Made by a program: the position numbers and the translations under genes. Source: an uncultured Acidobacteriota bacterium (lineage in GTDB: Bacteria > Acidobacteriota > Blastocatellia > RBC074). Taken from it: a DNA stretch of 64,000 nt. The stretch spans positions 1,146,981 through 1,210,980 of the forward strand of contig CAWCKY010000006.1 of the NCBI GenBank assembly GCA_963796275.1, written 5' to 3'. This document shows positions 21,513-31,223 of the stretch, piece by piece. Within the stretch, counting starts at the first letter, position 1, and each line of letters begins with the position of its first letter. The notes beneath the pieces are model-generated. The model saw only the letters and a list, made by a program, of their open reading frames with translations. It had not been told where the DNA came from and ran no database searches.

Positions 21513-23963
21513 TTGTTCTCACAAACTATCTCCCATTACCGCATTCTGAATCAGCTCGGCACGAGCCTCACTGGCGATGTATATCTGGCTGAAGACACGC
21601 ACATCGGTCGGAGGGTCGCCATTACGCTCCTGCCCAAATGGTGTGATATCGATCGCATGCAGAGTCTCTCGCGGGAGTGCCACACCATATCCTCGCTCAA
21701 TCATCCGAACATCCGGACGGTCTATGAAGTCGGCCACGACAGATCGCAATATTTCATCGCCACCGAGTTTATTGAAGGACCGACGATGCGCGATTATCTC
21801 GGTTACACGCGTTTGCAACTCGATGAAGCGATCGATCTGGCGTTACAGATTCTGGCGGGACTTGATGCCGCGCACGCGGCGGGCGTATTACACCGGGATC
21901 TCAGGCCGGAGAATATTGTGCTCAGCTCCGATCGGATCGTGAAAGTCTGCGATTTCGGCCTCGCAAAACTCTCCGAGGAGGGTACGCGGACGGCCGAATC
22001 GGCAGATGTATCCGATATCACCGAAGAGTTGAAATATGATGAAGCGCAGCCGATTGCCCATTACTCGGCAGATATTGAGGCCGAATTCGATCCCTATAAA
22101 ACCCAACCAATGCCAAAACCCGTCACACATTCGTTTAATCTGCCAACTGTCGATCAGTTGCGCGGATTATCCACAGGTTTGTGGTGGAAAGCGACTATCG
22201 GTTACCTAGCACCCGAACAGATACGAGGCGAAGTTGTAGACGAACGCAGCGACGTCTTCAGTTTCGGCGTTGTGTTTTATGAGATGTGTGCCGGGCGGCT
22301 GCCGTTTGAAGGCGGCGGTGTGGCGGATGTCCTGGACTCGATATTGCAGAGCGAGCCGCCGCCGGTCCGGCATTTTATGCCTGAAGCGCCGGAGGAACTG
22401 GAACGAATCATCGAAAAAGCGCTCGCAAAAAAACGCGACGATCGTTACCAGCGGGCGTCCGACTGGCTGAACGATCTGCGGAGCCTGAAACACCGCTTGG
22501 AATTCGAAGCGAAGCGCCAGCTTAGAGCAATTCGCGAAGCGGGAGAACGCCGTGTCATTTCAAGACCGGGGTTGACGAGAAGCCGGAGCGAGGTGGTTGA
22601 TTCAATCGCCGTTCTGCCTATCTCGAATGCCGGTAATGACCGGGAGGCGGAATATCTTTGCGACGGGATCACCGAGGGGATCATCAATACGCTCTCGCGC
22701 CTGCCCGGTTTACGGGTGATGGCGCGCAGCACGGTTTTTCGTTACAAAGGACGCGATGTCTATCCGCAGGATGTCGGCCGCGAACTGAGTGTCCGCGCTA
22801 TCTTCATCGGACGACTGCTGCGGCGCGGGGAAAATATCGTCATCAAGACGGAATTGGTCGATGCGAGCGATGGCGCGCTTCTATTGGCCGAGCAGTATCA
22901 GAGAAAATCGGGCGACATCTTTGAACTTGAGGCCGATATTTCAAAACAGATATCTGACCACCTGCGGATCAAGATCGCCGGCGCGCAGCTGCGATCCGGG
23001 GGCCAAACGATCAACCCCGAGGCGTACGACCTCTACCTGAAGGGCCGGTTCTTCTGGAACCAGCGCAGCCCGGCGGCAATGAAGAAGGGCATAGAATATT
23101 TCGTTCAAGCGATCAAAAAAGACGCGAATTATGCCCAGGCTCACTCGGGTTTGGCCGACTGTTATACGTTGTTGAGCTGGTCGAGCGTGCCCCCCCGGCA
23201 ATTCGTTCCGAAGGCTCGGATGTCGGTGACGAAAGCCCTGGAGATTGACGATCAGCTTGCCGAAGCCCGCGCGTCATTGGGCTTCATCAGGCTCTGGTAC
23301 GACTGGGATATCATCAGCGCCGAGCAGGAATTTCTGCAGGCCATCGAGCTCAATCCGAACTACCCGACGGCGCACCACTGGTACTCATTCTGTCTTTTCG
23401 CGATGGAGAGATATGAGGAGGCTATGGAGCGCATCCGGTACGCTCTGGAAATAGACCCGCTATCATTGATCATCAACGCGGACATCGGCGAACAACTCTA
23501 CCGCCGGCGCCGCTATGACGAAGCGCTCGAGCAATTTCAACAGTCGCTCGAATTGGATCCGTCCTTCGATATCGCGAAGTACTGGATGCTGAGGACATGG
23601 TTGGAAGTCGGGAGAGTCTCGGAGACGATCCCGGAACTGGAGGCGGTACCTGCTGAAGATGGCCAGTATGGTTATACCGCGCTCCTAGCTATCGCCTATT
23701 CCCGGGCGGGAAGGAGCGAGGATGCGCGCAACATCCTCAATGAGTTGCAGGCGGTTGCAGATACCCGTTACGTTCCGCCCTATTATCTGGCGATGATCGC
23801 GGCGAGCGTGGGGGAGATTGATCAGGCATTCTCATGGCTCGATAATGCATATCAGGAGCGAAGCGGATGGATCCCCTGGCTCAAGCAGGACCCGCTCGCT
23901 GACGGATTGCGTGCAGATGCACGGTTCGAAGATTTACTGCGGAAAGTCGGATTGAAATTTTGA
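21513..23963 (+). CDS. Serine/threonine protein kinase with C-terminal TPR-repeat domain
   Basis: Hanks kinase motifs (HRDLRPENIVL, DFGLAK, GYLAPEQ) are followed by a long region with TPR-like helical repeats (…AYDLYLKGRFFWNQRSP…). Confidence 0.85.
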   Translation: MFSQTISHYRILNQLGTSLTGDVYLAEDTHIGRRVAITLLPKWCDIDRMQSLSRECHTISSLNHPNIRTVYEVGHDRSQYFIATEFIEGPTMRDYLGYTRLQLDEAIDLALQILAGLDAAHAAGVLHRDLRPENIVLSSDRIVKVCDFGLAKLSEEGTRTAESADVSDITEELKYDEAQPIAHYSADIEAEFDPYKTQPMPKPVTHSFNLPTVDQLRGLSTGLWWKATIGYLAPEQIRGEVVDERSDVFSFGVVFYEMCAGRLPFEGGGVADVLDSILQSEPPPVRHFMPEAPEELERIIEKALAKKRDDRYQRASDWLNDLRSLKHRLEFEAKRQLRAIREAGERRVISRPGLTRSRSEVVDSIAVLPISNAGNDREAEYLCDGITEGIINTLSRLPGLRVMARSTVFRYKGRDVYPQDVGRELSVRAIFIGRLLRRGENIVIKTELVDASDGALLLAEQYQRKSGDIFELEADISKQISDHLRIKIAGAQLRSGGQTINPEAYDLYLKGRFFWNQRSPAAMKKGIEYFVQAIKKDANYAQAHSGLADCYTLLSWSSVPPRQFVPKARMSVTKALEIDDQLAEARASLGFIRLWYDWDIISAEQEFLQAIELNPNYPTAHHWYSFCLFAMERYEEAMERIRYALEIDPLSLIINADIGEQLYRRRRYDEALEQFQQSLELDPSFDIAKYWMLRTWLEVGRVSETIPELEAVPAEDGQYGYTALLAIAYSRAGRSEDARNILNELQAVADTRYVPPYYLAMIAASVGEIDQAFSWLDNAYQERSGWIPWLKQDPLADGLRADARFEDLLRKVGLKF

Positions 23964-24081
23964 TGAGAGATGGAAATTTAGACAGGATTTACCGGGATTT
24001 TCAGAAAATCGCTCGGGCAGTTAAATTCTGAAAAATCCTGTGGATCCTGTTTATTTTCATGCGAATTAAATAGAGAGGTAT

Positions 24082-25230
24082 GTGATGAGCAATCGAGTAC
24101 GCACGATCGTTGCGGGCGCAACCGGATATTCGGGACGCGATCTGATCGGTCTCTTATTGAACCATCCTCATTTCGAACTGGTGGGCGCATACGCATCTGG
24201 TGAAGCGGCGCCGCTGGCGGCGATCCATCCTCAACTGACAGGTCTGACGCAACTCGATTGTCTGCCATACGATCAGGCTGCCATCGCGCGGCTGGAACCC
24301 GATCTGATATTCCTCGCGACACCCAACGAGTTCTCACACGAGGTCGTACCCGTGCTCCTGGAAAGCATTTCAGCGGGCGCTGCGAGGACGAAAGAAACAG
24401 CTAAGCGAACCGGGGCAACCAAGCCAACCGGCGCAAAAACCGTGGCAACCGGGGCAACTGGGGCAACTGGGGCAACTGGGGCAACTGGAATCACAGTGGT
24501 CGATCTGAGCGGCGCTTTCAGGCTGTGTGATGCTGCTCTTTATCCCAAGTATTACGGGTTCGAACACAAGCGGCCGGACCTCTTACTGCAGGCAGTATAT
24601 GGGTTGACTGAATTTGTACGCGAGCAGCTAAAAAATGCCAGGCTGATCGCCAATCCTGGCTGCTATCCGACGTCGATTCTGATTCCCATGATTCCACTGA
24701 TTAAGGCGGATCTTGTCGACGACCAGCAGCCGGTCATATGCGATTCAAAGTCTGGAGTGACGGGGGCAGGGAAATCGCCCGCCTCGACGACCCATTTTGT
24801 CGAAGTGAGCGAAAGCTTCAGAGCCTACAATGTCTTCAGGCATCGCCACACTCCGGAGATCGCCCAGGTTTTGGGTTTGCACGGCGAATCGCTGATCTTT
24901 ACGCCGCACCTGCTCCCGATCAACAGGGGGATACTCTCGACGATCTATATTCGTTTGAAGAAGGGTGTCTCCCGCCGGGATATTCTGAAAGTCTGGCAAG
25001 GCGCATTTGAATCGGACCCGTATGTGCGGGTCTTTGACGGTCCGCAGCTTCCTGAGATCAAATTCGTCGCCAACACCCCGTTCTGCGACATCGGATGCGC
25101 CGTCGATGAGTCGAGCGGGCAGGCGATTATCGTTTCAGCCATCGACAACCTGCTCAAGGGAGCAGCCAGCCAGGCGCTGCAGAATGCCAACATCGCATTT
25201 GGGTTCGATGAAAGAGCAGGTATGAGATGA
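24082..25230 (+). CDS. argC: N-acetyl-gamma-glutamyl-phosphate reductase, carrying an internal low-complexity insertion of about 37 aa
   Basis: NAD-binding N-terminus ([14 protein letters not shown]) and the catalytic Cys motif (NPGCYPTS). The stop overlaps the argB start (ATGA). At 382 aa it is longer than typical ArgC because of a Thr/Gly/Ala-rich insert encoded by 9-bp tandem repeats (ggggcaact x4). Confidence 0.9.
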   Translation: MMSNRVRTIVAGATGYSGRDLIGLLLNHPHFELVGAYASGEAAPLAAIHPQLTGLTQLDCLPYDQAAIARLEPDLIFLATPNEFSHEVVPVLLESISAGAARTKETAKRTGATKPTGAKTVATGATGATGATGATGITVVDLSGAFRLCDAALYPKYYGFEHKRPDLLLQAVYGLTEFVREQLKNARLIANPGCYPTSILIPMIPLIKADLVDDQQPVICDSKSGVTGAGKSPASTTHFVEVSESFRAYNVFRHRHTPEIAQVLGLHGESLIFTPHLLPINRGILSTIYIRLKKGVSRRDILKVWQGAFESDPYVRVFDGPQLPEIKFVANTPFCDIGCAVDESSGQAIIVSAIDNLLKGAASQALQNANIAFGFDERAGMR

Positions 25231-26015
25231 GGCGCACGGTCATTAAGCTCGGTGGAAGCGTTTTGAGCGATGCAGCGCTTCGCCGAACACTTATCACACA
25301 GATTGGTGAACTCAGTCGATCGAATTTCGAATTGATGCTCGTTCACGGAGGTGGCAAACAGATCGCCTCATTGCTCGCTGAACTCGGGATCGAATCGCGC
25401 TTTCACGACGGCCTGAGAATCACAGATGATGCCACGCGCGATATCGCCCAGATGGTGCTGGCTGGAGGGGTGGGCAAGGGCCTGATAGCCGATCTGGCGA
25501 AAGTTGGGATAGCCGCAGTCAGTATTACCGGCGGAGATGGAATGAGTTTTCTTGCCGAGAAGATGAAGGCCGCAGATGGTACTGACCTGGGGTTCGTCGG
25601 CCGCATCGTCAAGACCGACCCGGCATTGATAGAAGTTATGCTGGCGGCGCGTTTGATGCCTGTAGTCGCGTGTCTGGGTCTCGGAATAGAGGACCGCGAA
25701 TACTACAACATCAACGGCGACCAGATGGCGGCTGCGGTGGCATCTGGGTGCAAGGCCGATACCCTGGTCTTCGTCACCGATGTCGGCGGAGTGAGGGATG
25801 AACGAGGCGGACAGATCGCGCAGCTCGATCGTGCGCGGATCGATCGTCTGCTCGAAAGCGGTGTGGCGAGCGGTGGAATGCGGCCGAAGCTTCGCGCGTG
25901 TTGCGAGGCGCTGGAGTCGGGGATCAAACGGATTTTGATCATAGGCGCGGCGGATGAGAGCTCACTGCTGCGTGCGCTCAAGAGCGGAGAGTCGATCGGG
26001 ACGCTGATTTCTTAA
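25227..26015 (+). CDS. argB: Acetylglutamate kinase
   Basis: Amino-acid kinase fold motifs ([18 protein letters not shown]). Translationally coupled to argC. Confidence 0.9.
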   Translation: MRRTVIKLGGSVLSDAALRRTLITQIGELSRSNFELMLVHGGGKQIASLLAELGIESRFHDGLRITDDATRDIAQMVLAGGVGKGLIADLAKVGIAAVSITGGDGMSFLAEKMKAADGTDLGFVGRIVKTDPALIEVMLAARLMPVVACLGLGIEDREYYNINGDQMAAAVASGCKADTLVFVTDVGGVRDERGGQIAQLDRARIDRLLESGVASGGMRPKLRACCEALESGIKRILIIGAADESSLLRALKSGESIGTLIS

Positions 26016-26077
26016 ATTGCGATTACAATCTTCCAGGTTCGAAAAGTAAGTAAGGAATTTAATACTTTATAAAACCC

Positions 26078-26485
26078 ATGGCGGAATATCTCTTCGTTTA
26101 CGGCACATTGCGTTCCCAACTCGTACCGCCGGATCTCAGTGGGCTGGTGCAACAATTGCGTAGATTCGGCGCCGCATCCGCGCGCGGGCATCTGTACGAC
26201 CTCGGCATGTATCCCGGAGCGATTCTCGATGCGGATTGTGACAACCGGATCATAGGCGAGATCCTTGAACTGCCCGACGACAAATCAGTACTGGCCGCGT
26301 TGGATCATTACGAAGGTATCGACGGCAAACAACCCGACGCGGGCTTATTTGTGCGAACCGAGTGTCATGCCATACTCGATAACGGTCAAGCGATCGAATG
26401 TTGGGTTTACGTCTACAACGGCGAAATCTCTTCAGAGAAACTTATTGAAAGCGGAGATTATCTTGGAAACAGAAGTCATAGTTAA
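26078..26485 (+). CDS. Gamma-glutamylcyclotransferase-like (AIG2/GGCT family) protein
   Basis: Opens [13 protein letters not shown], the YGTL motif of GGCT/AIG2-like proteins. At about 135 aa it matches the family's typical size. It is inserted between argB and argD. Confidence 0.7.
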   Translation: MAEYLFVYGTLRSQLVPPDLSGLVQQLRRFGAASARGHLYDLGMYPGAILDADCDNRIIGEILELPDDKSVLAALDHYEGIDGKQPDAGLFVRTECHAILDNGQAIECWVYVYNGEISSEKLIESGDYLGNRSHS

Positions 26486-27740
26486 AGAATCGACGGAATC
26501 GCCGATCACTCTCACACAAATCCAGCAGTTAGAATCCCAATTTTTGATGCAGACTTACGCGCGCAACCCGGTGATGTTCGTGCGCGGTAAAGGCTCCACG
26601 CTCTATGATGATCAGGGGAAACCTTATCTGGATTTCATCACGGGTATTGGGGTGAACGTGCTCGGCTACGACCACTCGCGCGTGCGGCGCGTTATGAGAG
26701 AGCAGGGTAGTCTGCTTCACACATCGAATCTCTATTATCACCAATATCAGGGGCAGCTTGCGGAGAGACTGGTGAAGGCTTCCGGTTTATCGCGCGTATT
26801 TTTTTGTAATACCGGCACGGAATCGGTCGAAGGCGCGCTGAAGCTGGCCCGCGCCTGGCAGCGCGCTCAGGGCCGCGCAGACAAAACGGAATTCGTCGCT
26901 CTGGTCAACTCATTTCACGGGCGCACTATGGGCGCGCTCTCCGTCACCGCGCAGGAGAAGTATCGCAAACCTTTCGAGCCGCTTATTTCGGGCGTGCGCT
27001 TCATCGATCCCGACAACGGCGGCGATAATTTTGCCGAAGCGCGAAAGGCGATAAATGAGCGAACGGCTGCAGTGATCGTCGAAACAATTCAGGGCGAATC
27101 CGGCATCCGCCCGGTCGATGACCGGTTCCTGCGGGCTGTTCGCGAGGCTTGCGACGATGTCGATGCGCTGCTCATTCTCGATGAGGTGCAATGTGGCCTC
27201 GGTCGAACAGGGAGTACTTTCGCATTTGAAAATACCTCGGTGACGCCCGACCTGCTCTGTGTGGCGAAGCCGCTCGGATTGGGCGTCCCGCTCGGCGCAT
27301 TCATTGTGGCCGAGAAAGCAGTAGATGGTTTGAAGACCGGCGACCACGGCTCGACATTCGGAGGCGGTCCGCTCGCTTGCCGGTTGAGCCTGGAATTTAT
27401 GGAGATGTTGCAGGAGGACAAGTTGATGGAGCGCGTGACCGACGTCGGCGGCTATTTCATCAAGCAATTGAAAAAATTACAGACGCGTCACCCGGAAGCG
27501 ATCAAAGAGGTCCGCGGCCTTGGCCTGATGGTTGGCCTGGAGATGAGTTTCCCGTGCAAGAGTGTGGCGACGAAGATGCTCGAACGAGGGTTTTTGATCA
27601 ACTGTACTCACGACACGGTGCTGCGGTTCCTTCCGCCATACATCATCAAAAAATCTGAAATCGGCGCAATGTTGGCTGTTCTTGAAGAGATTATCGCCGC
27701 TCAGCAGGCGACCGGGGCCGAGCCGGGCCCTGCATTTTAA
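26463..27740 (+). CDS. argD: Acetylornithine aminotransferase (class-III PLP aminotransferase)
   Basis: Conserved blocks: …[27 protein letters not shown]…, [14 protein letters not shown] (PLP Lys region) and [11 protein letters not shown]. The long ORF-track frame starts at 26265 but overlaps the GGCT gene. A TTG at 26463 with GGAG 7 nt upstream is the likely start. Confidence 0.8.
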   Translation: METEVIVKESTESPITLTQIQQLESQFLMQTYARNPVMFVRGKGSTLYDDQGKPYLDFITGIGVNVLGYDHSRVRRVMREQGSLLHTSNLYYHQYQGQLAERLVKASGLSRVFFCNTGTESVEGALKLARAWQRAQGRADKTEFVALVNSFHGRTMGALSVTAQEKYRKPFEPLISGVRFIDPDNGGDNFAEARKAINERTAAVIVETIQGESGIRPVDDRFLRAVREACDDVDALLILDEVQCGLGRTGSTFAFENTSVTPDLLCVAKPLGLGVPLGAFIVAEKAVDGLKTGDHGSTFGGGPLACRLSLEFMEMLQEDKLMERVTDVGGYFIKQLKKLQTRHPEAIKEVRGLGLMVGLEMSFPCKSVATKMLERGFLINCTHDTVLRFLPPYIIKKSEIGAMLAVLEEIIAAQQATGAEPGPAF

Positions 27741-27889
27741 ATTTATCATTTTAAATTTTAGATTTGATATTGAGATGCAGGCTTCGCGAGTCGATGACAA
27801 ATGACAAGTTTAAGATGGCAAATTTAAAATTCTTTCCCGACTGCTCCAGCAAACTTTCCGAGTCCGTTTGAGCCGAGGGAATATCCCTT

Positions 27890-29161
27890 TCACTCGGTAT
27901 CTTTGTGGTACATCTCGCGCCAGGCCTTCAAGTAGGGAGAATGACCGTCTTCGGATTCGCGTATTTGTTTGATGACAGGCTGCGTGAATTTATTGACGAT
28001 GGCGTTGAGCATTACCCGTAGAGCTTCTTCCTGCTCATCGGTCAGACTGCCCAGTCGCTTGCGGCTACGATCGAGCTCGGTGAATGCCATCGAGTTCACT
28101 TCCCGGCGGAATGCACCGATCACGGCATTGATGTCTCCCTCGGCCAGCGCAGCCGTGAAACGTTCGACCTCGGCATCGATGATCGATTCGGCACGGATCG
28201 CCTCCCGCCGGCGCTCGGTCCGATTACCCTCGGCGATCGATTCGAGGTCATCGACGTCAAAAACGAAGGCATTGTCGAAGTCGCTTATCGCCGGGTCGAT
28301 ATTTCGCGGTACCGAGATGTCGATCAGCATCATCGGGCGGTTGCGGCGAATGGCAAGGGCGCCTCGGATCTGATCGGGAGAGACCAGGTAGTGCGGCGCT
28401 CCGGTCGAACATATGACGATCTCTGCTTCGGGCAGCCGGCTGGCTAAATGCTCGAAACGGACCGGTTCGCCATTCATTTCGGCCGCCAGACGCTCCGCAT
28501 TTTCATAAGTTCGATTGACTATCAGTATCCGGCTCGCTCCATAGCTGAGCAGATGCCTGGCCGCAAGCTCCGCCATCTCGCCGGTGCCGATCAACATGAC
28601 GGTCGTTCCATGCAGACTCTCAAAGACTTTCCGGGCGAGTTCGACCGCGACGAAACTGATGGAGACGGCACTCGATCCGATGCCCGTTTCGTTCCTCACT
28701 CTTTTGGATACCGCGAACGCGCGGTTCATTAGGCGCGTCAGCAGGTGGCCGACGCTCTCCGCCTCCTGAGCCTGTTGGAACGCTTCTTTGACCTGTCCCG
28801 TGATCTGCGGCTCGCCGACGACCATCGACTCGAGGGAAGAGGTGACGCGGAAGATGTGTTTTATCGCAGATGAGTCCGAATGATGGTAGCAGTGCTTGCT
28901 GATCAGCGCGGAATCACATCTATGGAACTGATGGAGGAAGCCGTAGATGTGCGAGATGGCAGCCTCGGCTTCGTTCTGTTTGGGCGTCGCCGCAATCACC
29001 TCAACGCGGTTGCAGGTGGAGACTATCAGGCCTTCGCAGATCAACTCACGATCGACCAGCTGGCGCAGGGCCTCGTGAAGCTGCGTTTCAGCAAATGCCA
29101 GCTGCTCGCGAACCTCCACGGGCGCTGTTTTATGATTGACTCCGACGAGTACGATACTCAT
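27890..29161 (-). CDS. hemA: Glutamyl-tRNA reductase
   Basis: Opens MSIVLVGVNHKTAPVEVRE, with the catalytic …STCNRVE… and the NADPH-binding and dimerisation domains. Confidence 0.95.
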   Translation of the reverse strand: MSIVLVGVNHKTAPVEVREQLAFAETQLHEALRQLVDRELICEGLIVSTCNRVEVIAATPKQNEAEAAISHIYGFLHQFHRCDSALISKHCYHHSDSSAIKHIFRVTSSLESMVVGEPQITGQVKEAFQQAQEAESVGHLLTRLMNRAFAVSKRVRNETGIGSSAVSISFVAVELARKVFESLHGTTVMLIGTGEMAELAARHLLSYGASRILIVNRTYENAERLAAEMNGEPVRFEHLASRLPEAEIVICSTGAPHYLVSPDQIRGALAIRRNRPMMLIDISVPRNIDPAISDFDNAFVFDVDDLESIAEGNRTERRREAIRAESIIDAEVERFTAALAEGDINAVIGAFRREVNSMAFTELDRSRKRLGSLTDEQEEALRVMLNAIVNKFTQPVIKQIRESEDGHSPYLKAWREMYHKDTE

Positions 29162-29296
29162 ATGATTGCGGATCGCGGATGAAGATTCATCACAAAAAAC
29201 GCAAAGACAGACAAAATCCGTAAGGGATCGAATAGAAATCGTTTTGTGTACGTTGATGACATTTGCGATTTTTGTGGGGAAGATTCATCCGTAATC

Positions 29297-30211
29297 TTAA
29301 GTCTGTAAGTAACCGAAAACGTGATAGCCGCCCAGCGCCCGCGTGCCGAGCCAGGTCAAAAGTACGATGACGAATCCGATGATCGATAATAGCGCGACGC
29401 GGCGTCCACGCCATCCGGCCGTCAACCTGTAATGCATGATGAACAGGTAGATGACCCACGTCACCAGAGCCATCACCTCTTTCGGATCGTTATGCCAATA
29501 ACGACCATCCCGCTGATTATTCCAGATGATCCCGGTCACGACGCCCAGCGTGAGCGTGACAAACCCGATGCTCAGTGAGCGATAACCGATATCATCGCAC
29601 GTATTGAGCGCCGGTAGTCGCTGGAAGGCTGCTCCGAAGTGCTTGGCCTTCAGCTCATGCTCCTGAATCAAATACATTACGCCGCTGACGAAGGTAACAA
29701 TGAATGCCGCATAGGAAAATATGACGAGCGTCACATGCACCGGAAAAATGACTTTCGTGACAGCGTTCGTCGAGATTGCGCCTTCTAGCAGATGCGGCAA
29801 CAATTGCCCCGGATCAGGAAGCAGAAGCGAGATGAGCGTAAAGACAAAGACCAGCGGCAGGATGAAGGTCGGAAGCGCGCGCGCGTGATATCGTAAACTC
29901 ATGACGAGGTAATAAGCAACTATCGCCCAGGCGATGAATGAGCTGACCTCTTTAGGATTCACGATCGGGAAATGCCCCAGTCGCCACCAGTCACTCGCCA
30001 GTGCTGCCGTATGTACGATAAAACCCGCGCCGATAAAAGCGACCAGCTCGCGCCCCGGTCTCTCGGATTTCGTCGCGAACGTTATTATGGAATAGAAAGC
30101 GCCAGCCAAATATAGCAGCAGCGCTATGATCAGCAGGATTGACATAGAATTCCAACCACAGATTAGAATACGAATTGATATTAACACCGGATTTAGCGCT
30201 TTGACAGCCAA
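29297..30211 (-). CDS. Cytochrome c assembly (CcsA/ResC)-family membrane protein, HemX-like
   Basis: Polytopic membrane protein with a degenerate W-rich motif (GRYWHNDPKEV). A CcsA-like gene sits beside hemA as in B. subtilis hemAX. The annotated first codon is TTG; internal ATG starts are also possible. Confidence 0.65.
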   Translation of the reverse strand: MAVKALNPVLISIRILICGWNSMSILLIIALLLYLAGAFYSIITFATKSERPGRELVAFIGAGFIVHTAALASDWWRLGHFPIVNPKEVSSFIAWAIVAYYLVMSLRYHARALPTFILPLVFVFTLISLLLPDPGQLLPHLLEGAISTNAVTKVIFPVHVTLVIFSYAAFIVTFVSGVMYLIQEHELKAKHFGAAFQRLPALNTCDDIGYRSLSIGFVTLTLGVVTGIIWNNQRDGRYWHNDPKEVMALVTWVIYLFIMHYRLTAGWRGRRVALLSIIGFVIVLLTWLGTRALGGYHVFGYLQT

Positions 30212-30366
30212 CTCCTTACCGATACTGTTCCGGTTTTTGGAACTGTTAATAACGCAGGACGTATCAGGACGTATAATGGCGCGAATATGAGAATTTGATA
30301 TGAAATATAAATCATGAAAATGCCATATCTTAATGGGTTATCCGGACTCTTAGGAGATGATGCGTT

Positions 30367-30954
30367 ATGTGGGAAGCAATCGCTCAGTACAGTTCAATCA
30401 CCATATTCCTTATTGTAGGAGCCTTCGGCCTCGTTTTTCTGATTATCTCGTACTTCTTCGGGGAGTTCTTCGAAGTCCTTGATAACGAGGCCGATCTGGA
30501 TGCCGAAGATAGCGGGGGGATATTCAGCCTGAAGGTCATGAGCGTGTTTGTGACCGCTTTCGGGGGCGTTAGCGCGCTCGGGGTTTATGAGGGGTTCGGC
30601 ATGTTGCTGAGCACCGGCTTCGGAGTGGCCGGTGGTTTTGCCCTTGCCTTTTTGGTCTATTACTTTGGCCGAATGCTCTATTCGCAACAATCGTCAAGCC
30701 ACGTAAATACAGCCGATTTAGTAGGATGCAGGGCGGAAGTAATCGTGGGAATTCCCGGGGGAGGCTCCGGTCAGGTGCGTTGTCTCTTCGGTGAAACGAT
30801 GGTAGAGAAGATCGCCCGCTCACGCGACGGCAGCGCGATCGCGCAACATGTGGAAGTTCTTATTGAAGAAGTCCTCGGTGAAAGTGTAATCGTCCGCCCG
30901 TGGTCATCAGCAATGGAGGCGCGCTCTCTTTTTTCGACTACTATCGAGCCATAG
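30367..30954 (+). CDS. NfeD-like (YuaF-type) membrane protein, partner of the SPFH/flotillin gene
   Basis: N-terminal transmembrane helices and a C-terminal OB-fold-like beta domain (…VGCRAEVIVGIPGGGSGQVRCLFGETMVEKIA…). Located upstream of flotillin as in yuaF-floT. Confidence 0.6.
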   Translation: MWEAIAQYSSITIFLIVGAFGLVFLIISYFFGEFFEVLDNEADLDAEDSGGIFSLKVMSVFVTAFGGVSALGVYEGFGMLLSTGFGVAGGFALAFLVYYFGRMLYSQQSSSHVNTADLVGCRAEVIVGIPGGGSGQVRCLFGETMVEKIARSRDGSAIAQHVEVLIEEVLGESVIVRPWSSAMEARSLFSTTIEP

Positions 30955-31223
30955 AAATCGATTTGCATAAATACTGTTCAGCCGTAACTGCTCACACCTT
31001 ACGCCTGTAACGAAACAAACGGAGAAGCGATGCAGTATGTGGTCTCGCAGGCCGGGTCGCTTATGCTCATACTGCGCCGCAAATCGATCGATCAGGTTCA
31101 GCCTTTAATCGTCTCTTTTCCATAAGTTGGAAATTGAAATCAGTATCTAACTCTAGCCTGTGACTATAACGACATCTAACCGGAGCGCGGGACGCTCTCG
31201 GTTGGTGCAGAGGAGGTGTATCG

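Noticed and set aside
24451-24486. CRISPR-like short repeats (ggggcaact x4)
   Set aside because: The units are 9 bp, perfectly tandem with no spacers, in-frame within argC, and no cas genes are present. It is a microsatellite.
26265-26462. Upstream extension of the argD reading frame (ORF track start 26265), overlapping the GGCT-like gene by about 220 nt
   Set aside because: The extension translates to non-protein-like sequence and overlaps a good GGCT gene. argD more plausibly starts at the TTG at 26463, which has a GGAG ribosome-binding site.
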